Below are positions 1-7,305 of a stretch of DNA of 32,000 nt, one piece after another. Origin of the DNA: Rhizosphaericola mali. Lineage in GTDB: Bacteria; Bacteroidota; Bacteroidia; Chitinophagales; Chitinophagaceae. A program made the translations under genes and the position numbers. Positions within the stretch are counted from its first letter, which is position 1; each line of letters opens with the position of its first letter. The stretch spans positions 3,793,507 to 3,825,506 of the forward strand of contig NZ_CP044016.1 in assembly GCF_004337365.2 (NCBI RefSeq), written 5' to 3'. Under the pieces are notes generated by a model. The model saw nothing but the letters and a program-made list of their open reading frames with translations, searched no databases and was not told where the DNA came from.

Positions 1-337
<337 letters not shown>

Positions 338-528
338 TAAATGTTGTTGTCTGACCCGACTAGCTTCTCTCGAAATCTATTCGGTTCTTGTTGTTTTTTC
401 GTTTATACTTCAGGTTCTTTTTACCCTTCGTTTTACTGTCTTTCAAAGATCTTTTAAAACTACTCTCTAGTAATCTTATTGCCAAATGTTAACCTCTCAG
501 CCAATCATCCGTTCCGCTTAGCGGGTTG

Positions 529-560
529 CAAAGGTAAGTGATTATTTTTATTTAAACAAA
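529..560 (-). promoter_or_regulatory. Candidate rRNA promoter module A (proximal): -7 box TACCTTTG, -33 TTTG
   Basis: On the minus strand, TTTG (560-557), a 20-nt spacer and TACCTTTG (536-529) match the Bacteroidota TTTG/TAnnTTTG promoter consensus. The small palindrome CCGC-TAA-GCGG (524-514) follows. Confidence 0.6.
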
Positions 561-637
561 ATTTATTTTTTATTTATTTTTCTAACTTACTCATTTTCAA
601 GAACTTATCTCGTTATTCGCTTCCGTTTAACGGGTTG

Positions 638-669
638 CAAAAGTAAACCAAATATTTAACTTAAACAAA
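638..669 (-). promoter_or_regulatory. Candidate rRNA promoter module B: -7 box TACTTTTG, -33 TTTG
   Basis: On the minus strand, TTTG (669-666), a 20-nt spacer and TACTTTTG (645-638) have the same architecture as module A. The flanks are near-identical to module A (GGGTTGCAAA[A/G]GTAA; TTAAACAAA). The palindrome CCGT-TAA-ACGG (633-623) follows. Confidence 0.6.
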
Positions 670-730
670 TTTTATTTAAATCTTTTTTCACCCTTTCTTA
701 GAACTCTCCCCCCACTTCCGTAAGGGGGCG

Positions 731-760
731 CAAAAATACACAATTATTTCATCTGGCAAA
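731..760 (-). promoter_or_regulatory. Candidate rRNA promoter module C (distal): -7 box TATTTTTG, -33 TTTG
   Basis: On the minus strand, TTTG (760-757), an 18-nt spacer and TATTTTTG (738-731) fit the consensus. A C-rich/G-rich hairpin-capable segment (728-709) follows. This module is more diverged than A and B. Confidence 0.45.
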
Positions 761-830
761 ATATTTTGAGAAGTTTTTTATATTTTTTATCAAAATAGGC
801 TCTAACTCTATATATAGATGTATAAAAATA

Positions 831-851
831 AAGCCTCCATTAAGGAGGCTT
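831..851 (-). terminator. Rho-independent terminator downstream of yceI-like gene
   Basis: An 8-bp stem AAGCCTCC/GGAGGCTT with a 5-nt loop is followed on the minus strand by TATTTTTATA. It lies 31 nt past the yceI stop. Confidence 0.75.
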
Positions 852-881
852 ATTATAAAATGCTTTGAAGTAATGTACAGA

Positions 882-1472
882 TTAATCTTTTACTAATTCT
901 GTATTTACCACAATGCTCACCATAGAAGCAACGGCTTCAACACCGCTTGGTAATTTATCATTATATTTCATACCAAATTGGTGACGATCAATTGTAGTAG
1001 TTGCAGTAAATCCAATTCTAGTTTTACCCCATGGATCTGTAATAGGTCCACCGTTTTGAGTTACAGTAAATACAACGGGCTTAGTTATATCTCTAATAGT
1101 AAGATTAGCAACCATTTTGTAAGTGTTGCCTTTTATTTTTTTAAATGACACGGAAACTAATTTCATTTCTGGGTATTTAGCCACATTGAAAAAATCATCC
1201 GTTTTTAAGTGATTATTTCTTGCTTCTACTCTTGTATCGATACTAGCAGTTTCGATGATGTAATCAATTTTTGCATCATTAAAATCTGTAGCAGATTTTG
1301 ATTCCATCGTTCCAGATGCTTTTGTAAAATCTCCATCAACGAAACTTAAACCAAGGTGCTTAACAGAAAATGCCGCATCAGTATGCATTGGGTCTGCGCT
1401 CCATTTTGTCTGTGCAGAAACTGAAATGTAGGATAATGCACCTACGATCAAAAAAAGAAATCCTTGTTTCAT
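882..1472 (-). CDS. yceI: YceI-like periplasmic lipid/polyisoprenoid-binding protein
   Basis: The 196-aa ORF starts at an ATG and has the signal peptide MKQGFLFLIVGALSYISVSAQ. The motifs DPMHTDAAFSVKHLGLSFVDGDF and IDRHQFGM are typical of the YceI family. Confidence 0.8.
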   Translation of the reverse strand: MKQGFLFLIVGALSYISVSAQTKWSADPMHTDAAFSVKHLGLSFVDGDFTKASGTMESKSATDFNDAKIDYIIETASIDTRVEARNNHLKTDDFFNVAKYPEMKLVSVSFKKIKGNTYKMVANLTIRDITKPVVFTVTQNGGPITDPWGKTRIGFTATTTIDRHQFGMKYNDKLPSGVEAVASMVSIVVNTELVKD

Positions 1473-1507
1473 TTTGTTTTTTATTTAAATTTATACGTTT
1501 TACGTTA

Positions 1508-1523
1508 TTTTGTTGCAACAAAT
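1508..1523. promoter_or_regulatory. Candidate MarR operator, copy 1 (upstream of yceI): TTTTGTTGCAACAAAT with perfect 14-bp palindrome core
   Basis: The palindrome TTTGTTGCAACAAA (1509-1522) lies 37 nt upstream of the yceI ATG. It overlaps a minus-strand TAAATTTG -7-like box (1526-1519). An identical 16-mer occurs at 2045-2060. Confidence 0.55.
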
Positions 1524-1546
1524 TTAAATGCAAATTTTTTAATTTG

Positions 1547-1999
1547 CTAATCTCTAATCTTGTCTAACAAGTCATTTAATTCAATTACTTCCTTTGTCGA
1601 AATACGCTCTCCAATACTTGCAGATATTATAGCAAGCTCATCAGAAATCTTTTGCGTCAAATCCAATCCTTCTTTTGTAATATCCACATCCATTTTACGA
1701 CGATTTGTTTCACAAAGTTTGCGTTCAGCTAAACCTAAGGAGACTAATTTGTCAATCAATCGAGTAACATCATTACCCTTATCTAACATTACTTCTTTTA
1801 TTTCACCAGGGCACATTGATTTAGGATGTGCGCCACGCAAAATGCGTAAAATATTAAAATGTTGCATTAAGATGCCATATGGCTTCAGTATATTCGCATG
1901 AGCATCACGAAGCCACGTATAGGTATATATAATATTAACTATCCCTTTCTCAACTTGATTATCAAACTTATTTTGTTTAATTGCGTCTTCGATCTTCAT
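1547..1999 (-). CDS. MarR-family transcriptional regulator
   Basis: The winged-helix pattern is QHFNILRILRGAHPKSMCPGEIKEVMLDKGNDVTRLIDKLVSLGLAERK...NRRKMDVDITKEG. The track ORF extends to 2086, but the 29 extra residues are low complexity and overlap the predicted promoter and palindrome. The ATG at 1999 (MKIEDAIKQNKF) is preferred. Confidence 0.8.
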   Translation of the reverse strand: MKIEDAIKQNKFDNQVEKGIVNIIYTYTWLRDAHANILKPYGILMQHFNILRILRGAHPKSMCPGEIKEVMLDKGNDVTRLIDKLVSLGLAERKLCETNRRKMDVDITKEGLDLTQKISDELAIISASIGERISTKEVIELNDLLDKIRD

Positions 2000-2044
2000 A
2001 ATAATACTCTCTTTCCTTGATTCAAAATGCAAATATACCACATT

Positions 2045-2060
2045 TTTTGTTGCAACAAAT
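2045..2060. promoter_or_regulatory. Candidate MarR operator, copy 2 (upstream of marR): TTTTGTTGCAACAAAT
   Basis: This is the same 16-mer as at 1508-1523, with palindrome core 2046-2059. On the minus strand its TTTG (2059-2056) sits 18 nt upstream of a TATATTTG -7 box (2037-2030). That box is 30 nt from the marR ATG. Confidence 0.55.
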
Positions 2061-2211
2061 ATATTTTTAAAATGAAAATTTTTCATTTATCTACACAAAC
2101 AACAGATTAATCTCTACATCTTTATTTACATAAAAATATAGAGACATCTTTGTGTTGTCAATCAAATGACAAAAAAATAAGTATAGTATAAGGGTCTAAA
2201 TAGGTGAAAAC

Positions 2212-2235
2212 GGCGCAATTTTTCTAATTTGCGCC
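2212..2235 (-). terminator. Probable terminator downstream of tonB-like gene
   Basis: A 7-bp GC-rich stem GGCGCAA/TTGCGCC with a 10-nt loop is followed on the minus strand by a short T tract (GTTTTC). Confidence 0.5.
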
Positions 2236-2242
2236 CTATTTT

Positions 2243-3124
2243 TTATTCTAATACCTCAAACGTAATACTTTGCCTTTGTTGATAAGAAATAGGTCGATCA
2301 TTTTGCATGGCAGGAATCCATTTTCCACTCATTTTAATAACACGCACAGCCTCCTCAGCCATCCCATACCCGGGATCCGTTTCAGCTTTAACATTGGAGA
2401 CAACACCATTTTTATCTACCGTAAAAGCAACTATAACGGTATATCTAAGACCAGCAGGAGCTCCATTTTCTGAAGGAATATTTGAACGCAAACTTCTAGT
2501 TAGAAAATTTGTCCAACCACTTTTGCCAGTAGGAAATTGCGCTTCTTTACTAATATGTATAACATCTGTTTCAACGGCATCAACATTATTAGCATTACTA
2601 TTACCATCTCCATCACCAACTTTAGGTCGTCCAAAACCGTCTCCTGACGGACCTTCAACTTTAACAGGCGGAGCAACTACAATCGTCCGATCTCCGGTCT
2701 GTTCAAAAGCCCCAATTTTCGTATCTACCAACTCTATCTGTTTATGAACACGATTCTTTTCATTAAACAGATCATCCTTTACGATATTAATTGAAGTGTT
2801 CTTTTTTACTTCTAGCTTTTTTGGATGATCATTTTGTTTGGAGTATGCCGGGGCTATTTCCTTTTTTGGTTTTACCACTGGTGGCTTAATTTCAACATGA
2901 CTTAAATTTATGCCAGTCACTTCAACTAAAGGTAATTCAGCGCTACTTTTTTTATGATAGCCTAAAACAGACATAACTATAAATAAACTTCCAGATAATA
3001 ACCCCAATGAAAGTATCATACGTTTATTATAATTTTTCCTAAGAACATAAGCACCATAGTCTTTGTTTCTACCTTCAAATAAAATATCTAAATAGGTTTT
3101 TTGTAAATAATCTTGGTTTTCCAT
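2243..3124 (-). CDS. tonB: TonB-family energy transducer (C-terminal TonB domain)
   Basis: The N-terminus YLDILFEGRNKDYGAYVLRKNY plus one TM helix is typical of Bacteroidota TonB. A Pro/Lys-rich linker (KPPVVKPKKEIAP) and a C-terminal domain (YTVIVAFTVDKNGVVSNVKA...GYGMAEEAVRVIK...WIPA) follow. Confidence 0.85.
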   Translation of the reverse strand: MENQDYLQKTYLDILFEGRNKDYGAYVLRKNYNKRMILSLGLLSGSLFIVMSVLGYHKKSSAELPLVEVTGINLSHVEIKPPVVKPKKEIAPAYSKQNDHPKKLEVKKNTSINIVKDDLFNEKNRVHKQIELVDTKIGAFEQTGDRTIVVAPPVKVEGPSGDGFGRPKVGDGDGNSNANNVDAVETDVIHISKEAQFPTGKSGWTNFLTRSLRSNIPSENGAPAGLRYTVIVAFTVDKNGVVSNVKAETDPGYGMAEEAVRVIKMSGKWIPAMQNDRPISYQQRQSITFEVLE

Positions 3125-3155
3125 AATTGATAAAATTTAAAATTATAACTATAGA

Positions 3156-3171
3156 ATTTTGCCGGCAAAAT
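3156..3171. promoter_or_regulatory. Perfect 16-bp palindrome ATTTTGCCGGCAAAAT upstream of tonB-like gene
   Basis: Read directly from the sequence. It lies 31 nt upstream of the tonB-like ATG and downstream of the mfd terminator. Its function is unknown. Confidence 0.35.
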
Positions 3172-3215
3172 CATCTGTAAATAAGATGACGAGGATATTT
3201 AATTTCCATAAAAAA

Positions 3216-3242
3216 AGAGCAGTTAATTTTTATAACTGCTCT
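3216..3242 (-). terminator. Rho-independent terminator downstream of mfd (A/T tracts on both sides, potentially bidirectional)
   Basis: A 10-bp stem AGAGCAGTTA/TAACTGCTCT with a 7-nt loop has an A7 run on the plus side (T run on the minus strand) and TTTTT after it. Confidence 0.75.
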
Positions 3243-3262
3243 TTTTCATTTGAATATATTAG

Positions 3263-6200
3263 TTAATCAATAACTGCATTATGCATTAGCGTTAAGAACC
3301 TTAGCATCTCTTCCATAGATTTAATAGGCTCAACGATTAATAAGAAATTTGTGGCAATTTGCTTCAATCTAGCCTTATTAGTTCCCGTTTGGATGTAAGA
3401 AAGTATCTTATTAAATAAAGGACTTTCGAAATAAGGGGAATCATTTTTATTGATAAAATAACAACGAAGCGTATCCGATTTGAGACTCATTTTTTCAAAT
3501 CCTAATTTGATAGCCAATTGACGACATCTTATAGTAGTAAAAAGATCTTCTACCTGTATTGGCATGGGACCAAAACGGTCAATCAATTCTTGATGAAACT
3601 CTTGTAACTTTTCCTCGCTATCATAGTTCTCAAAACGAGTATACAAAACCATACGCTCAGTAATATTCTCCACATAGGTATCCGGAATTAAAATTTCCAG
3701 ATCAGTATCTATCGTACAATCTGAAACAAAATCATCTTGCGCACTGATTTCATCTTTAAAGAGGTCTTTAAAATCACTACGTTTCAATTCTTTAATCGCT
3801 TCGTTCAAAATTTTCTGATACATATCAAAACCTATCTCTGCCATAAAACCACTCTGTTCACCACCCAACATATTTCCAGCTCCACGAATGTCTAAGTCTC
3901 GCATTGCAATCTGAAAACCACTTCCCAAATCACTAAATTGCTCTAGCGTTTGTAGTCGTTTTCTAGAGTCAGCAGGCAATGTACTCATTGGCGGCGCAAG
4001 TAAATAACAAAATGCTTTTTTATTACTACGACCAACACGCCCTCTTAATTGGTGCAAATCACTAAGTCCAAACTGATGGGAGTTATTTACAATTATAGTA
4101 TTGACATTTGGAATATCTACACCACTCTCAACAATATTGGTACAAACCATTACATCGTATTTATGTTCTATAAAATCCATGATACGAGATTCTAACTCTT
4201 TACCTTCCATCTGCCCATGCGCATAGGTAATACCAATATCCGGACAAAGCGCTTGAATCATCGCAGACATTTCTTTTACACCTTGAATCCTATTAATTAC
4301 GAAGAAAACTTGCCCTCCACGTTCTACTTCAAAATAAATCGCATCTCGAATAAAGTCTTGATTAAAAGTTTGAATTTCTGTGTGAATGGGTTGTCTATTT
4401 GGCGGAGCTGTTTGTATAATACTTAAGTCTCTGGCACCCATCAAACTAAATTGTAAAGTCCTGGGTATAGGAGTAGCAGTAAGTGTAAGAGAATCAATAT
4501 TGGCACTTAAAGTTTTTAATTTTTCCTTGTGTCCCACTCCAAATTTTTGTTCTTCATCCACTATCATCAACCCTAAATTTTTAAACTTAACAGATGCACC
4601 TAGCAAAGCATGAGTACCTATAATGATATCCACTTTACCCTCAGTTAATTTCTGCAAGGTTTCTTTTTTCTCTTTCGCCGATTTAAATCTATTTACATAG
4701 TCTACAGTAATTGGAAAATCTTGTAAACGATCTTTAAAAGTTTGATAATGCTGAAAAGCCAATATAGTTGTTGGCACTAATACGGCGGCTTGTTTACCAT
4801 CTAACGCGGCCTTGAATGCAGCTCGAATAGCGACTTCTGTTTTACCAAAACCAACATCTCCACACACTAATCTATCCATAGGAGAATCCTTTTCCATATC
4901 CGCTTTTACGTCCGCAATCGCCTTGGCTTGGTCTGGAGTATCTTCGTAGATAAAGGAGGCCTCCAATTCATTTTGCATATAATTGTCAGGTGAAAAAGCA
5001 AAACCTTTTTCCGCTTTACGCTGTGCATAAAGTTTGATCAGATCGAAAGCGACTTCCTTTACTTTAGTTTTAGTCTTTTCTTTTAATTTACTCCAAACAT
5101 CTGAACCAAGTTTATTAATCTTTGGAATAGAACCTTCTTTTCCTGAGTATTTAGAAATTTTATAAAGCGAATTAATATTTACATATAGGATATCCTGGTC
5201 TTTATATATGATCCGAACTGCTTCTTGTGTAATTCCATTTACCTCTAACTTTTGCAAACCACTATACCGTCCCACTCCATAGTCAATATGAGTAACATAG
5301 TCTCCTGGTTGCAATTCTTTCAAAGCGCGTAAAGTCATCGCTTTGTTTTTATTATAGGCTTGCTTTACATAGTATTTCTGATAGCGCTGAAAAATTTGAT
5401 GATCAGTATAACAAACAATTTTCAAATCATCGTCAATAAAACCTTCATGAATTCCAGTTACAATAGGATTTAATTTTACTTCCGTATTCAAATCTTCGAA
5501 AATACTATGTAGTCTTTCTAACTGACGAGCTTGCTCCGCAAATATGAATATACTATAGTTCTGTTTTTCGTAAGACTTAAGATTTTCAATTAACAATTCA
5601 AATTTCCTATTAAAGGATGGTTGCGATTTCGTATTGAAACTATAAACAGTTTCAGCTAAATGTTTTTGGTATCCAAATTCAATTATAGTCCTATTCTTAA
5701 TCTGCGCTTCAATCAAATTACCACCAACAAAATCCTCTAAATTTAAGTTTTTTAAAATTTGAGTTTCGTTATCTTCCGCTTCTTCATTTTCTACAATTCC
5801 GGTATCCAGTTTTTGGATAAAATCTCTCAAATCAAGATTTTGCTTTTCTATAGTCTCTTTTACTACGTCCCAATCTTTTAGCCAATAAATAGTATTTTCT
5901 GGTAAATAATCCACTAAAGAAACCTTCTCACTCGAATCAAACTGAGTTTCAATATTAGGAATAATTGAAACATTTAGAAGTTTACGTTCACTCAACTGCG
6001 ATTCAGGATCAAATATTCGAATACTATCTACGTCATTTCCAAATAATTCAACGCGATAAGGCTTTTCATTTCCGTAGGAGTAAATATCCAAAATACCTCC
6101 ACGCAAGGCAAATTGTCCAGGCTCATAAACGAAATCAGATCGTTCAAAACCGTACATTACAAAGAGCTCCATCAAACTATCCAAATTAAGTTCGTCTCCT

Positions 6201-6670
6201 ACTTTTATCTGAATAATATTCTCTTTTAATTTTTTAGGAAGAACGACCTTTTCAAATAAAGCATCAGCATAAGTAACAAGTGCTCCCCCTCGAATACCTT
6301 CTCTCAAATTTGAAAAATGGCTTAGCGCTTCTGTTCGCAACATCACATGTGAAGAATTCAATAATTGAAAATTTTTCTTCGTTTTAAATGATGATGGAAA
6401 ATAATAGATATTCAAAGCATTTGTCAAATTAACTAATGTATTCTGGAAATAGGCAGCTTCTTCGGCATCTGTCAACACAAATACATGATTAAAAGATCTA
6501 GCTTCAGGCAAATTAAAAATGGTAGCTGCCATAAATTCTGGACCACTACCATTTAAATTTTGTAAAAATATTTTATCATTGCTTGGTTTGTTGGGCAATA
6601 CAAACCCATCCACAATTTTTTTTTCGCGGATAATATTTTGAAATAGCCCTAATAATTCACTTAGGTTCAT
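3263..6670 (-). CDS. mfd: Transcription-repair coupling factor Mfd
   Basis: The protein is about 1135 aa. It has a CarD/RNAP-interacting region (GDYVTHIDYGVGRY) and superfamily-2 helicase motifs (GDVGFGKTEVA, DEEQKFG, TATPIPRT, QLRGRVGRS). The track ORF starts at a TTG six codons upstream, and the ATG at 6670 (MNLSELLG) is preferred. Confidence 0.95.
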   Translation of the reverse strand: MNLSELLGLFQNIIREKKIVDGFVLPNKPSNDKIFLQNLNGSGPEFMAATIFNLPEARSFNHVFVLTDAEEAAYFQNTLVNLTNALNIYYFPSSFKTKKNFQLLNSSHVMLRTEALSHFSNLREGIRGGALVTYADALFEKVVLPKKLKENIIQIKVGDELNLDSLMELFVMYGFERSDFVYEPGQFALRGGILDIYSYGNEKPYRVELFGNDVDSIRIFDPESQLSERKLLNVSIIPNIETQFDSSEKVSLVDYLPENTIYWLKDWDVVKETIEKQNLDLRDFIQKLDTGIVENEEAEDNETQILKNLNLEDFVGGNLIEAQIKNRTIIEFGYQKHLAETVYSFNTKSQPSFNRKFELLIENLKSYEKQNYSIFIFAEQARQLERLHSIFEDLNTEVKLNPIVTGIHEGFIDDDLKIVCYTDHQIFQRYQKYYVKQAYNKNKAMTLRALKELQPGDYVTHIDYGVGRYSGLQKLEVNGITQEAVRIIYKDQDILYVNINSLYKISKYSGKEGSIPKINKLGSDVWSKLKEKTKTKVKEVAFDLIKLYAQRKAEKGFAFSPDNYMQNELEASFIYEDTPDQAKAIADVKADMEKDSPMDRLVCGDVGFGKTEVAIRAAFKAALDGKQAAVLVPTTILAFQHYQTFKDRLQDFPITVDYVNRFKSAKEKKETLQKLTEGKVDIIIGTHALLGASVKFKNLGLMIVDEEQKFGVGHKEKLKTLSANIDSLTLTATPIPRTLQFSLMGARDLSIIQTAPPNRQPIHTEIQTFNQDFIRDAIYFEVERGGQVFFVINRIQGVKEMSAMIQALCPDIGITYAHGQMEGKELESRIMDFIEHKYDVMVCTNIVESGVDIPNVNTIIVNNSHQFGLSDLHQLRGRVGRSNKKAFCYLLAPPMSTLPADSRKRLQTLEQFSDLGSGFQIAMRDLDIRGAGNMLGGEQSGFMAEIGFDMYQKILNEAIKELKRSDFKDLFKDEISAQDDFVSDCTIDTDLEILIPDTYVENITERMVLYTRFENYDSEEKLQEFHQELIDRFGPMPIQVEDLFTTIRCRQLAIKLGFEKMSLKSDTLRCYFINKNDSPYFESPLFNKILSYIQTGTNKARLKQIATNFLLIVEPIKSMEEMLRFLTLMHNAVID

Positions 6671-6726
6671 TGCATGGCAAAGATACAAAGAAATAAAGTT
6701 TCAGTATAAATTCTGATTTCAATTAC

Positions 6727-7284
6727 TTATTTCAATAATGATAATTTTAAATATCCCAAATGCATTTTATCCTCTTCCTTCGCCTCAGTTAATCTTATTT
6801 GAATAGAATACTTTTCTTTAATTTCAGAAGGAAGGATTTCATCAATTGCATAAATATCGTCCACATCAACTCCATACTTATCATCTATATGTGAATTAGC
6901 ACCAGCCATATTATAGTCAGAAAAAAAAGAAGATTTCTTTGCTAGTTTAATTGCTTCACTTTTATTATCTGCTACAATAATCATTTTATAGTGAAATTCG
7001 TCAAATTCATTTTCTCTATAACCACCAAGGTTGATAAAAAACAATTGCTTATCATTTTCAATACTGGAATCTCTTTCTTTGACTTCAACATGAAAGCCAT
7101 TCACAAAATTCACTTCTCTCCATGCATCAATATGCAAACGACCAACGGATGCTGCTTCTCTCCATGAAGCTTTTATCTGAGGTAAAAGAGATTTTAAATC
7201 TTCTCCAATTCCAAATAAAATGTCGTGCTGTTCCGTCCATCGCCCTTCTGGACGTCCGCCAAGTAAAATCATAAATAATTTCAT
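6727..7284 (-). CDS. DUF1543-like protein of unknown function
   Basis: The 185-aa ORF has an N-terminus MKLFMILLGGRPEGRWTEQHDILFGIGE...LHIDAWREV that resembles the DUF1543 family as I remember it. It has no signal peptide. It starts 21 nt after the upstream gene stop. Confidence 0.6.
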   Translation of the reverse strand: MKLFMILLGGRPEGRWTEQHDILFGIGEDLKSLLPQIKASWREAASVGRLHIDAWREVNFVNGFHVEVKERDSSIENDKQLFFINLGGYRENEFDEFHYKMIIVADNKSEAIKLAKKSSFFSDYNMAGANSHIDDKYGVDVDDIYAIDEILPSEIKEKYSIQIRLTEAKEEDKMHLGYLKLSLLK

Positions 7285-7305
7285 TATTCAAATATTTCAT
7301 GCAAA

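Noticed and set aside
1530-1547. Hairpin GCAAATT-TTTT-AATTTGC overlapping the marR stop codon, considered as a marR terminator.
   Set aside because: The stem is weak and AT-rich and there is no clear U tract. marR and yceI may also be co-transcribed, so I leave it uncalled.
2087-2211. A 125-nt non-coding stretch between marR and the tonB-like terminator, with TCTCTA/TAGAGA arms and duplicated CATCTTT, considered as a small RNA.
   Set aside because: No convincing promoter plus terminator pair brackets it, and the pairing is discontinuous. It more likely contains the marR upstream promoter region.
1560-2747. Antisense ORFs 1560..1901 (opposite marR), and 2270..2473 and 2307..2747 (opposite the tonB-like gene).
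   Set aside because: Each is fully contained within a well-supported gene on the other strand and has low-complexity, non-protein-like composition.
6671-6688. N-terminal extensions in the ORF track that begin at non-ATG codons (mfd 6688 TTG, DUF1343 11474 GTG, small ORF 13002 TTG, ChaN-like 14074 TTG, ferredoxin 14370 TTG, FGGY kinase 22878 TTG), plus the marR extension to 2086.
   Set aside because: In each non-ATG case an in-frame ATG a few codons downstream gives the canonical family N-terminus or a proper signal peptide. For marR the extension overlaps the predicted promoter and operator. The shorter starts are preferred, though they are not experimentally verified.
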